Source: the human T2T-CHM13v2.0 reference genome, Homo sapiens | Length of the DNA stretch: 64,000 nt | Assembly (NCBI RefSeq): GCF_009914755.1 | Contig: NC_060944.1 | Reading direction: 5' to 3' (one strand) | In this document: piece by piece, positions 41,279 to 55,072 of the stretch | How positions within the stretch are numbered: the stretch's first letter is position 1 | Layout of the letters: the number at the start of each line of letters is the position of its first letter | Made by a program: the position numbers and the translations under genes | The notes under the pieces: model-generated | The model's input: the letters and a program-made list of their open reading frames with translations, nothing else | Told to the model about the DNA's origin: nothing | Database searches by the model: none

Positions 41279-41471
41279 CGGGGTGTCCAACCTTTTGGCT
41301 TCCCTGGGCCACACATAAAATACACTAACACTAACGATAGCTGATGAGCTAAAAAGAAAAAATCGCAAACAAAATCTCATGTTTTAAGAAACATTATGAA
41401 TTTGTGTGGGGCCGTATTCATAGCCATCCTGGGCCACATGTGGCCTGTTGTTCGCGGGTTGGACAAGCTTG
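41279..41471 (+). mobile_element. MER30 (hAT-Charlie)
   Basis: 'ggtgtccaaccttttggcttccctgggccacacataaaatacactaacactaacgatagctgatgagct...gttggacaagcttg'; perfect 8-bp TSD ATCTAGAT at 41271-41278 and 41472-41479. Confidence 0.9.
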
Positions 41472-42194
41472 ATCTAGATTGCTATATGAAACCTGTTGAT
41501 ATTTAAATGTTAGGGCAAATATCAGGCCAGGTTTGGCCTGAAGGCCGTGAGTTTGAGGCCTCTGTGATACTGCAGCCCTTCTATTTTGCAGGTAAGGAGC
41601 TGGCGGGGAGAGTTAGCACAGCTGCCTCCGAGCCTGGCAGATGGTCCTGGATCGGGGCTGGACGGGGTGACTTGGAGAGGTGGTGCTTGGACTCAACTGT
41701 GAAGAAGGGTCAGATTCCCACAAAAAAGAGGAGAGGGCATTGCAGGGGGCGGAGGAGTGTGAGCGAGCATGTGTGGCGGGAATATGGAAGACTGTTTTCC
41801 AGGTGGAGGGAGGTAAGAAGACGGGGAACTGGAAAAAGAGTTGAAGGAGACGGGTTGATGAGGATGATGGGGAATACACGGACACGGAAGGTCAGACTGG
41901 ACCCAAAAGAGGGTTGGAAAAATCACCCAAACACTTCAATAATATTAGTAACTTCACTTCTGAAATTGTGTGGCAACAAGCAGCGCGTTTATTTTACCAC
42001 TTACTTCGGGTTCTTGGCAACCCTGCGTACACCAGGGAACGCTTGCCCAACAAGAAACATTCTCACTCGCAGATTGTTTACAAACGCCTCGAAAATTTTT
42101 GTAATATTTTTGTAAATATTAAATTAGAAATTTAATATAGAATTATAAAGTGTGAGTGGGTTAATTAAAGATTTTAAAATTTCAACTTAGCAGG

Positions 42195-42492
<298 letters not shown>

Positions 42493-44339
42493 AGCAGATT
42501 TCTTTAAGTATTTTAGAGGCAATATTTTTTCCCCAAAATCTCCCTTGTGCAAATTTTCTACCTCACAGCTGCCAAAATTTGAGGTGGTGGACAAAAATAG
42601 TTGATATATAATGATAGAAAGACGTAAGTGAGGTATATATATAGAGAGAGTCTAGAAAGAGTTCGCTTTCAAAGGGGAGGATCAGGGCAGTCTCCCTGGA
42701 GGAGGAGGTTTTGAATACGTGCGTTGAAGGGTGGGTGAAATCCAGACCAGGCAGGTGGGTTAGGGAAAGTGAGGGCATGCCGGGTGAAGGGCCCTGTGTG
42801 TGCACAAGGGTGAGGTGGGAATGATGAGTGTGAGAGTTTGTACCAAGGGGGCTGGGGCTGGGGTGCCAAGAACCAAAGAGCCATGATAAGGCCTGTCTGG
42901 GGCTCAGCCAAACTGGGGAGTAGTACACGAGAAGAGGAATGGGGAGCCCTAGAGGGTTTTAAGTAGGGGAGGAACGTGGAGTCCATAGCAAGGCAGAGTG
43001 GCTGGTGGGGAGGTGGGGAGGATGCCATGGCAACCATTCACGCCAAGCCTCAGCCCCGACCCTCAAGGAGGCAGGCAAGGCTGAGCTTCCCTTTCCAGAT
43101 TGTTTGTGGGTGCAAAAGGGCAGCAAAGAATGTGGGTGCCTTGTCCTTCTGCCCATGGTCTAGTGTCCTTCCCCTCACCCCAGTCCCAGTGGAGCCATCA
43201 TAGGTGAAATATAAGAACAAGTCACCTGCGTTCAGTGGCTGCAGAATACCTGGCCTCGCACAGAAGGCTGCGGGGATTTCTGCTCATTCATTCTTCCCAC
43301 CTGCCGCATGAGGGAGGTGCTATGTCCATTTTACAGAGGACACTGAGTCCCAGAGAGGCTAAGCGGCATGCCCGAGGTTACACAGCCAAGAAGGGGCACA
43401 GCAAGATTCAACCCAAAAGTCTGCACTCCAGCCACTGCCCTATCATGACACTCACGAGCTCCCACCAAGTCTGGCTCCAGTGTTTCCAGTACCATAATCA
43501 TCCCCATTTACCAGATGGGTAAACTGAGGCTCTGAGAGGTGGAGTCACTTGCCTGAGGCCATACAGCAGGAAGGGTAAAAGTAAAGATTTGAATCCCTGG
43601 GTCTAGTCGACTCTGGAGCCTGCTGTTCTCCCACCATACACCTCAGCTGCTCGCCCTCCTGGGCATCTGTTTCCTCATCTGATGAACAGGGGTGACGGCG
43701 ATGCCTCCCTGGCAAGGTCCGCAGAGGATCCCGGGTGGTGTATGTCAATCACCCAGCTCAGTGCCTGGCACTCAGTGGATGCTTTAAACGTGATGCCTGT
43801 GTTTATTCGTATAAAGGTGGCTGAATATTAAATGGGTGGATTTATGGAAGGCACTTATGGTAATGCCCTGTACATAATAGATGCTCAAGAAACACTAGAA
43901 GCAGTTACTATGATTATAGGATCGACCACAGGGGACAGCCCAGTAACCCCTCAAAGTTGCTTCCTTCCCAAGTTGCCTTCCATTTATTTCTCCCTTCATC
44001 CAACACACTGGCCTTAGGGTCCAGGTTAGGATTTGGGGGCTTGGGGGGCTTAGGTTACAATTTGAGGTGATTTGTCCCCCCCTGCCCATCAGTCAGAGTG
44101 ATGCTGAGAGCACTGGATGATAAGACCAGAATTCTAGGTCCGCGCCCCGGACCTGCTGTGTGATCTCTGGCAACTGCCTTGCCCTCTCTGGGCCTTGGTT
44201 TCTCCTTTCATCTGCAGAGCCTGGGCCAGGCTGCCCTGGGAGGTGCCAGCCCCGAATGGGGCCGGGGGCAGTTCCTGTGTCCCCTTGGCCACCAGCCTCC
44301 ATCTCCTGCCTCTTGAGCTGCAGGCCCGCCCGGCTCAGC

Positions 44340-44540
44340 TGTGACGACGAACCAGCCAATCTGTTTACTGAACTGGCTGACCCCTTCCGGGAACTCGGCC
44401 CAAGCTTCCCAGAACTCGGGTATTAATGACCCGGAGCCACATGACGGAGCATGACACAGCACTTTTGGGCACAAGGCAGGGCCCAGAGGGGTGCGTGGGG
44501 GCCGCAGCCCAGCCCCCAAGCCCCGCCAGCGGGTGAGTCA
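44340..44540 (+). promoter_or_regulatory. Promoter/enhancer with tandem STAT GAS sites
   Basis: CCAAT 44356-44360; TGTTTAC (FOX) 44362-44368; TTCCGGGAA 44385-44393; TTCCCAGAA 44406-44414; TATTAAT 44421-44427; CACATGAC 44438-44445; TGAGTCA 44534-44540; CpG-enriched. Confidence 0.7.
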
Positions 44541-47500
44541 CCTGGGCCCCCTGCAGCTTCCTGATCCCGGCCACTCAGCTGTCCTCCCCACCCCCAGGAT
44601 ATCCCCAGTTGTCAGGGCTGCCCTGGGACCCCTCGACCTTTGCACTAGGGACTTAGCAGCGGTCTTGGGTGATCAGGGCTGCCTTCTGGGATTACAGATG
44701 GGGACAGTGAGGCCTGCAGGACTGGAGTGAATGAACAGTGAGCTCTGAGTAAACGTCCACTGTGCGGGAGGCACTGTGCAAATACGTCACGTTAGTCTCG
44801 CAGCGATGCAACACAGTGGCGTAGTTTAATCCCCATATGATAGATGGGGAAACTGAGGCTCAGAGCGGGAATGAATTCTCCCAAGGGCATGCAACAAGAG
44901 CACTCTGTTTGACTGGAAATAATTTCCTTTCGTCTCCTCAGCAGCCGACAAGGGAGGTGCCATGTGGACTGTTTCACAGCTGGAGAAACTGAGGCACAGA
45001 GGGGCTGAGTCACCTGCCTAACGCACTGAGCAGTCTGGCTCCAGGACCTGTGCTCTGAACCAGCACCTGGCACATAGCTGGCACCGACATGGTCTCCGTG
45101 CACTGCCATGGATGAGAGCAATGCTGGCTGCGGTGTCGGGCGGAGCTGGGTTCCAATGCTGACTTCACCTTTCTCAGGCTGCACAGCCTGGAGCACGTGG
45201 CTGCACCCTACCGTGCGTCAGTTTCCTCACCTGTGAAGGGTGATCGTGGTGGTCCTGATCTTGCAGAACTGCAGTGAGGGCTGTGAGTGTGGGGTGTCTC
45301 AACTGCACCTGGACACGCAGAAGGCACTCTGTGAACACTGACTTTCATTGGCCCAGGCCTCTGAATCCATGACAGTTCAATCTCTGAACCCCACAGCTTC
45401 CTCCTTCACCCTTTGCCGCCCCAGGGCAAGGTGAGGGCGGTGGTTTTTATGGGCCTGGGAACCAGACAGGCTCGGGCTCAGAGGGGGCGCCTGCTGCTGG
45501 CGGGAGTGGGGCCTCCTGGTTCCCACTCCCTGATTTTGGGCTGGGGGCCGGTGGTGGGCAGGGGTGGGGCAGCACTTTGATGTTCTTCCCTTCATTCCAC
45601 CACCACTGCTTGAGCACCTACTGTATGCCAGGCTCCAGGGGACCCAGCAGTGAACAAGGTCTCTGCCCTCACTATGGTGGAGGAGAGGATGGAGGAGATA
45701 AACATCGGTGAGCAAATGCTTGAAGAGGCGAGAGGATTTCACCAGAGAGAAGGGCCGTGATGGGAATCAGCAGGGGTGTTTGGGAGCTGAGTGGGTCAGA
45801 GAGGGCTTTTCTGAGGCGGTGATGTGGAGCAGATGCCTGAAGGAGAAGAAGGACCAGACCTGGGGAAGAGATTTCCAGCAGAGGGAAACTCACCACAGCA
45901 CGTGCAAAGGCCCTGAGGGTGGGAATGGGTTTGGGAAGTTCCAGGAAAGGCAAGGAGGCTGAAGGGGTGTGAGGAGGGGACAGCAGCAGGACATGGTGCT
46001 GGAGGGCCAGCAGGGGTTGGACCATGCAGGGCTTGGTGGGCTGAGTGAGCAGCCGCGGCTGGGACTTGGGCAGGAGCCTATGTGAGAGATGGCAAGACTG
46101 CCTGAGATCGCATTCAGAACTTCTACCCATCTCACAGATGAGCTCAGTGAGGCCCGAGCCAGCTTCCCCTAGAAGGTCAGTGGCTGGACAGGCATGAGAA
46201 TCGAGGGAGTTCAACTCCCCCGGAGAAGCCAGAAGCCAGAACACAGGCCGTGGAGGAGAGGGTCCCACATTCATCCCTGCAGCCCCGAGAGCTGTGGGCT
46301 GTGGGGCTGCCTGGATGGCTTCCTGGCGGAGGAGGTGACCTCCAAGCTGTGGCTGGGGCAGAAGGGCTGGGAGAGCGTTCCCAGTAGGGGAAGCAGCACA
46401 CAGACAGGCCCAGAGGTGGCGGTGAGGTGCAGGCGTTGTCTGGGAAATTCATCACTGCTTGGGAGTCAGGAAAGTGACCGGGTGAGGAAGTGTTATTGTC
46501 AGGGTCTCCCTTTCAGAAGGCCTTGGGGCCAAGGGGAGGAGCTGGAATTGCCTTCCACCGCGTGCAGACCCCAGGCTGGATCCCAGGACTGCCCAGGGAC
46601 AGGCACACGTCTGCCCTCATGTGGCCCACAGTCCAGGGGCAGGGACTGTCTGGAGAGATTAGGGCCATGGGGGGCAGGAGGGCGGAGGGGCAGACCTCCC
46701 ATCCTAGTTCCAATCTCAGTGCTGTGACACACTCCCTGTGTGACTTGGGGCAAGTCACTTTACCTCTCTGAGCCTCTGTGTCCTCATCCATAAATACCAC
46801 CTGGAAAGATATTCTCAGAACTCAGTGAGATCATTCGCTCATTCGTCCACTCATTTATTCCTTGGATTTTTTTTAGCGCTTCCTATATGCCAGGTCCTGG
46901 GCTGGGTGCTGGGGACACAGCAGTGACAAAAATCCCTGCCCTTGTAGGGCTGATGGAAGAGGTAGTGTAAAGCAGTGAGTGGTTAAGAACACAGACATTG
47001 GAGCCAGGGGCCTTGGGTTAACTCCTGGCCCACTGCTTATTTGCTGTGTGGTTTTGGGTGAGACACTTTACCTCTTTGCATCCTACCTGTAAGATGCCAC
47101 GTCATAGGATTGCTGAAAGGACAAATGAGTTAATATATGTAATGTGTTTAGCACACAGCCTGGTACATAGTAGGTGCTCAATTGTGCTTGAATGAGCTGA
47201 GATGTGCAATAAGCAAACAGAAGAGGGGTGAGTGGATGAGACAGTGTCTGACAGTGGGAAGTAAAAGTGACCAGCTCTTAGCAACAAGTAGGCATACAGT
47301 AGGTGCTCAATAAGTGTTTCTCCTCCTTTGTCTCCTTCCGAGTCCATCTTGGACCTTAGCCCATAGGGGACTTAAGGGCCTGAGGTTTGGAATCTGCGTG
47401 GAAGGCGGGAAGTCGTCTTTGCTGATCCAGAAACCCAGAGCTGAGCTTTGGGGTTGGCAAGAGCAGAGACGCCCCCAGCACCCCTGCCCCTCACGCTCCC

Positions 47501-49849
47501 TGCACCCTGTCCCCAGCATCATGTGCAGCCTGGGTGGCTGCGGCGAGCTGGGGCCTGCCCAACGGGTCCCCAGTAATGACACTCATTACACAGGTGTCTG
47601 GCAGCGGGGGGAAGCGAAGGCCCCAGGGGCCGCATTCACATGGCACCCAGCCAGCCCACCCCAGGCCCTTCCTCGTCCTTTATAAGTCTGGTGCCCAGGG
47701 CAGGCGGGCAGGCTGGGGAGAGGAGCTGGCGAAGGGCCAGCTGGCGCCCAGTGAAAGGAGGGAAAGTTGAGAGGTCTGGGTGCCAAGCACTGGTGTGGAG
47801 GCCAGGGGAGGTGGGCACGGGGGGCGCGTGTGTGTGCACGCGTGTGTGTCAGGGTGTTTTGGAGGGGGCGGGATGCAGTGAATCTGTGTCCAGGTCTATG
47901 CATCCCCCTGGCCTGTGTGTGGAGATGAGAGGGTCTGTGTAGATGAAGCATTGATGGTCCCCCAGGTGGGTGCAAAATCTCCCATGCCCGTTTCATTTGT
48001 TCTTTAACCTACACTGTGAGGTGGGTACCAGGCTGGGTCCAGCCTGGACCTGGTGATGTCAGAGCCAGTCCCAGGGCAGCCCTAGACTCTGCCGTCTAAG
48101 AGCTCCAAATCCAGGGACAGACAGACGCCAGGCAGAGGATCAGGACATCCCAGTGAAGACTTTGATGGAGAAAAACAAGGCAGGGGGCTGACAGGGATCA
48201 ATAGGATGGGGTCAGAGGCCTCACTGGAAGGTGAGCTTGGCTGGAGGCCTGGAGGACGAGCCGCCATGGCAAGATCTGCAGGAAGAGAGTTCTGGGCAGG
48301 AGGAATGGCAAGTGCAAAGGCCTCGATGCAGGGCTCAGCTTGGCCTGTGTGAAGGGGCGAGTGAGGAGGGGACTGGGGGCCGGGGCAGGTCCAGAGCTCA
48401 TGGCCAAAGTCAGGAGTGTGCATCTTCTGAGCGCAGTGGGAAGGTTGGCACATGGTAGGTACACAGATGGGGGCTCCACTGGGGTGAATGGGTTTGATGA
48501 GAGCCGGGACCGGGCCCTCTGGGTGTGGGAACGATTGGCTTTCAGAGCTACAGACAGGAACGTGGGCTGCTCAATTGTATTTGAACCTATTCTCCTGGGT
48601 TCAAACCCCTCCTGGATCCTGGAACCTGTTATTAAGCCGGCTGCACCCCAGGGCACCGGCCTTTATATCCAGACAGGGCCCTGGCCCCCAAGACGGGGGT
48701 GGACGGGTGATACTGGTGAACCCCATGCCTGCCCCACCCCCTGCCAGGCCCCTCGGCAGGGCCAAGTCTGCTTCTGAGAGCAATGAGCATCTCTCCTTTT
48801 ACAGATGGGGAAACTGAAGCCCAGAGAAGGAATGGGTATGTCCTGGGTTCTTGTGGCAGAGTGCTGGGGGCAGCACCCAGAAAGCCTCCGTCACAGCTCA
48901 TATCTCTTCCTACTTCATCCCCGCCCACAGCGGGCTCCTCCTAATAGGACTCTGGCAGGGTAGCAGCTGGTGTCCAGGCAGAGCTAGAGGGAAGAGCTGG
49001 GTCCAATTTGAGAAGCCTCTGTTAATTGGGTCCTATAGGAAGAACTGTTAACACTGTGAGTTTCCCATCACCAGAGGTGTGCAAATAGACCTGGATAACA
49101 GCCCTTCACCTGCTTAGAGATTACAGAGAGGTTCAGGCGGATGGGAGACCACTTGCCTTCTAGCTGTGTGATTCCACAGGACCTCGGAACAATCCTTAGC
49201 TCAAGCCTCAGTTTTCCCGACTGTAAAATTGTTTTTTGTAATAATCAGAGTGACCTCATTAAAAGGACAACTTTGTTGATAAAATTCTCCTGCATTTATC
49301 CAGGCCTCGCTTGGTTCCCCAGTGCTAAGAGACAGCTCTAGCCCTCACCATGGCCCGCACATCCTGTAGCCCTGGTCCCTGGGGCCTTCCCTCCCACCCC
49401 CTGATTCTCCCCTTCCTCTCTCTGCTGCAACCACAGACTTCCTCCCTGTTGTTCCTCTCCTACCTCAGGGCGTTTGCAGATGCTGTGAGCATTGGATGTC
49501 GGGCGGAGGGCTTTCCCTAATTTCAATCTCCCACCAGTCCTATCAGGTAAATAGGAGATCCATTTTACAGATGAGGAAACTGAGTCTCAGAGAGCTGAAG
49601 TTAAAGACACACAGCTTTTTGTGAATCCACTGAGTCAGGATTTGAGCTCAGGCCATCTGGAATCTAACACCACTCTCTTTTCTTCATTCCTTATGTGACT
49701 TGTTTTCATTTTCAAAACTTTGCTCAACAGTTGCCTTCTCCAGGAAGCCTTCCCTGACTACCCTCTCCATCCACCCTCCCATGACCTTCCTGAGTTTCAC
49801 CTTTGCTGCACTGCTCACACTGTCTCTCAATTATCTCCCTTTTTTTCTT

Positions 49850-50200
49850 CTCAACAGCTTTACTGGGGTGTAACAAACACACGATAAACTGCGCATATTC
49901 CAGTGTTCATGTGGATGAGTTTGGACATATGCACACACTTCCGAAACCACCAGCACAATCAAGACAGCAGACATATCCATCGCCCCCAAGGGTGTCCTTG
50001 TGTCTTTTTGTCATTCATCCCTCCCGGCCGCCCCATCCACACTCCCATCGCCTGCCGACTGTGGCTGATCTGCTTTCTGCGGCTGTGGATTAGTTTGCGT
50101 TCTCTACAATTTTCTGTAAGTGGAATCATGTGGTGTATTCTTTACTGGGCTTCTTTTCCTCAACATTATGATTTTGAGAGTTACCCACGTTCCTGTGACC
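49850..50200 (-). mobile_element. L1M (L1ME/MB-like) 3' end
   Basis: 'gatgagtttggacatatgcacaca...aaaccaccagcacaatcaaga' and 'aagtggaatcatg'. Confidence 0.7.
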
Positions 50201-51270
50201 ATTCTCTTTTTTTATGTATCTGCCCTGTCCCCCTCAGACTGTGAGTTCCATGGGGCGAGGACTTTGTCATATTTACCTCTGTGTCCCCAGCACTCAGCAC
50301 AGGGCTGGGCACACAGGAAGTGCCTAATAAGTGTTGACTGACGGGAAGGAGGATGAGGACATGCCCAAATGGGGGAACAGCGGGCACATTTGCATGGCAG
50401 TGAGGAGCCCAAAGCCGGATTAAGAAAAAACAGCCCCTGGAATCATCTGGAGGCCTCGTGGCCCCATCAGATAAGCATATCTGCTCATCCCCATGGCTGT
50501 CTCTGAGGAGCAAAGATCTGGATTGCACAAGGGCTGGGCCTGGGCTGAGGAGGCGCTAGTGGTCCCTTTATCTTGCGTGGGCATTCGGCGCTGTGTTCTA
50601 GAACTGCACAGCCCACGCACCCCGGCAGGCAGAGGCCTGGGCTCCGGCAGCGGGTGGGCAGGTGGGAGGCAGGAAGAAGTGGCCACCCAGCCCTCCCCAA
50701 ACCAGTTGGACTCCTTTGCAGAGATTACTGCAGGCGCTTTGGGAGCTGGCTAAGGGAGAGTGGGAGGCAGGAGGAAAAAGCAGGAGGAGGGGAGGAATCA
50801 TTTAATGAGCAAATATTATAGGGAATTTCCAGTTCATGCCCCATCAGGCTGGGCAGGAACACAGTGGGATTACTCAGGCGGTTTCCAGGTACCAGCCTCA
50901 ACCTCGAAGGTTCAGTGTGGCTCAGATGCCTCTAGGTCTTCATCGCTGGCTAGAAACCCAACTAGCCAGGGTGAGAAAGTGGCGGTGAGTTACATCCTGA
51001 GACAAAGCCTGCAACCAAAGTCGAGTCTAAGCATGCGCTTCCTGCATCAATCTTTGCTGAGATGACCTTATTGCCCATTTCCCAGACAGAAAAACTGAGG
51101 CTGGGAGTTGTGGCATTGGCTAAGGCCACACAGGGGTCACTGCGCAGTAGGGACAGCTTAAAAGCCAAGGCCATTTTGGAGTGACTCCTTCAACAAGGGC
51201 CACATTCTTTTGATAAATACTTATTGGGCACCTACTGTGTGCCACACACTATGCTCAGCTCTGCAGGTTA

Positions 51271-51638
<368 letters not shown>

Positions 51639-52179
51639 TCAGAGATGTTTTGTGGAACTTTGTTTTCTTCTTTGTGGAAACAAGAAGTTTGGACCAGACT
51701 AGCATTTCCCAAATCTATTTTATCATTTATCCATTTTGAGGACACAGATCTGAGGGACACAGAGTCTCTGGGGGTACTAATAGGAGTGACAAGGGGGAAA
51801 GTGTTCCATTAGCCATTGGGTTTGGGAATTCCTGGGTGAACATTTGCCACAGGTGTTCTCAGTCTTGGATGCTCCAAAGAGCTCAATGAGCATCTAGGTG
51901 GTTAGGTCCTGTGAGTTACCCTCTGGGATATCTAAGGGAGTTTGTTCACTGTTTTTCTGACTTCATGAGTCCTGTTTGGATGCTGCTTCCTCCAAGGAGC
52001 CTTCTCTGAATCCCTAGAAGGACCTGAGTCCCCTTCTGTGAAGGCACCTGCCTGGAGCTCCCTTTGACTTCTGAATATTTTCCATCTTGGGTTGTAGCTG
52101 TCTGTTTCCATCACTTGATTGTGAGCTTCTCAAGGGCAGGGCCAGCCGTGATTCACTTCTTGGTTCTGGTATAGAGAAC

Positions 52180-53150
52180 AGAATGGGTGGATGGAGCATT
52201 TAATGGGTGAAAAGATGAGTGATGACTTGATGGATGGGTGGATAGTCAAATGGATAATTTAATGGCTGGGTACATGTGTGGAGATAAGGGAACTGTTTAT
52301 GAATGGATAAAATGGATGAAGAAATAGATCAATGAAAGAATAGATGAATCAATGAATGAGATAATTAACAATTGAATTAATGGATGAGTGAACACATGAA
52401 TGAAGAAATTAGTGGATAAATGGAGAGATGGATGATGGATGGTTGAATAAATAAACAAGTGCTGGATTTTAAATTGTGTGATGGATGGAGCGGGTGATTT
52501 CATTGTTGAATACTGTGAATTACTGATGGATGAATGAATAGATAAATATATAATTAAATGAATGAATTAATACATAAAGTGATGGATGACTTAATAGATG
52601 GCTAGATGAATAAACAGATAAAGGGATAAATGGGTAGATGGATTGGTGATTCCATGAGTGAATGGGTGGGTGTATGGATGGGCAAATGGTTGGATGGATA
52701 GATGAAAGAGTGGGTGGATGGATGAGTGAGTGGACAGAAGAATGGGTAAATGGATAGATGAATGGATGGGTGGGTGGGTGGATAGGAGAATGGATAGGTA
52801 GATAAATGAATGGATTGGTGGGTGGGAGGGTGGATAATAGAATAGATGGATGGGTAGGTGGATAGATGGATGGGTAGGTGGATAGATGGATGGATGAGTG
52901 GGTGGACGGATAGGCGAATGGATGGGTAGATAAATGAATAGATTGGTGGGTAGGAGGGTGGATAAGAGAATAGATGGATGGATAGGTGGATGGATGGATG
53001 GAAAGATGGATGGATGGTTAGATTGATTGGTGGATGAATAGATGAATGGGTGGATGAGTGGATGGGGAAATAGGATGGAGGAGTACATGGATGGTGGATG
53101 AGAGAATGAATGGATGGATAGGTAAGTTGGATGGATATACAGGTGAATGC
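52180..53150 (+). repeat. Degenerate (TGGA/TGAA)n array, ~1 kb
   Basis: Directly visible; follows an L2 3' end. Confidence 0.93.
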
Positions 53151-53214
53151 ATGCTATGTCATAAGATCGGAACTGAGGTCAGGAGGCAGGAAAATTCCTG
53201 TGTTCCTCCCTGAT

Positions 53215-53372
53215 GCAGCAGTATCAAGTTTTTGAAGTTTGAAAGCTTAGTGAAAACTTTGAGTCAAATCTCCAGAAAATTGCATATAGACACAAAATGT
53301 TAGCAACTTTATGGGAGTGGTGGTCATGGAGCCTAAGAGCCACCTACAGACCCAAGGTGAGGAATCCCAGTG
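53215..53372 (-). mobile_element. MER117-like hAT element
   Basis: 'ctccagaaaattgcatatagacacaaaatgttagca' resembles MER117 antisense. Confidence 0.5.
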
Positions 53373-53984
53373 CAGTCTTATGTATTATTTTTACTCTCTG
53401 AGCCCTGATCTTGGAGAGGAACCCAGGCCCAGTGGAGGGAAGGCAGCTGAGATGGGGACAGGTAGTTTCCTAAAGGAGAAGACACTTATGTATTCATTCA
53501 TTCATTGCACAACATTGCTGTGACCTTTCTGGATGCCTGGGAGAAGATAAAGGTGCCTCTCATAAGTGGCAAGTGTTTGGAGCTTGAAGTCAGACAGATT
53601 GCATTTTTAATCTCATCTCTGATATGTACTGGCTGGGTGACCTTGGGAAACTTACTTCACCTCTATAGACCTTCTCTTCTTCATGTATAAATAGGGACAG
53701 CAATAATGCCTACCCTATTGGGTTGTGAATATGTCAACAGGTATGTAAAACATGTAGCCCAGTGCTCAGTGCATAGTAAATGCTCAATAAATGTCAGTTC
53801 TTCTTTTTCTTCTTGCATGACTACTGTTGTCTTGCACTGGGCCTATGCAAGATGCTGCTGAGCCCGAGATATCCAAGGCATCATCCTGGCCTTTTGAAGT
53901 GTCCGCAGTCCATCAGGGAACACAGACAAGTAAGCAGAGGTTTCCATTCGCACAGGGTGTTGGGGCTGAGATAGGGAATCCTAA

Positions 53985-54530
53985 GACCTCATGTTCAGGG
54001 TCATCTGATCCTCAGCATCCATTCCTATTAATATCTCTTTCTAGCAAGAGGCTGCAGAGACTGGAAGGCTACACGCCGCATTCCCCAGCCTTCTTTGCAG
54101 CAGGGGCTCTGAACGCTCTGCAGGTCCCGCCAGGCAGATGCCTTCCTGTGAGAGTCAGGAAGTGGGGGCCGCCTTGTTTTTTCCCGGGCTCTCTTTCTGC
54201 TGGTGAGCATGGTCATGGGATGGATTTTCTTGCAGCAACCTTGGCGTCCGGTTACCACTCTTGGGGAGTCTAGAGGTAGGGGTGGTGGTGGTGGCTTCCT
54301 CATCTCCAGATGGCTGGATGGTGCTGTGATACGTTCTCAAAGTCTACAGCTCCTCTGTGGCCTCCTGATTCCCCACCATCCTGAGTGGCTGGCAGCTCTC
54401 CTGAAGGTCCAGTTCTGCTGTGTGGTGCTGGTGCCTCTCCAGCCCTTCTAGCAATGTTGTGAGTGTTCAATTCCCTGTGTTGGATCCTTTCTGCTTAAAA
54501 TGCCTGGAAGGAATGCTGTCTCTAAAATCC
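53985..54530 (+). mobile_element. LTR33-like ERVL LTR
   Basis: 'cattccccagccttctttgcagcagggg...ggcagatgcc' and 3' 'aattccctgtgttggatcctttctgcttaaaatgcctgga'. Confidence 0.6.
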
Positions 54531-54768
54531 AAAACAAACACAAAATTTGGAAGGGTTTCTGGTTGCCATAACTGTAGTTTGACTCACATATGGTGGGAGG
54601 CGGGGAGCACTGTAGGACCTCAGCAGGTACCTAAACCAGACTTAGGGGGTCAGAGAAGGTTTACGAAGCTCATGACATGTAAACTGAATCCTGAAGGGCA
54701 TATATGGAGTAGTCAGACAAAGAGTTGAGTGGGAAGAACACACCAGGCAGAAGGAATAGCCCGTGCAC

Positions 54769-55072
<304 letters not shown>

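Noticed and set aside
52591-53088. 165-aa HPSI-repeat ORF; EWS-FLI1-type microsatellite idea
   Set aside because: Translation of (TCCA)n; the unit is GGAT/GAAT, not GGAA
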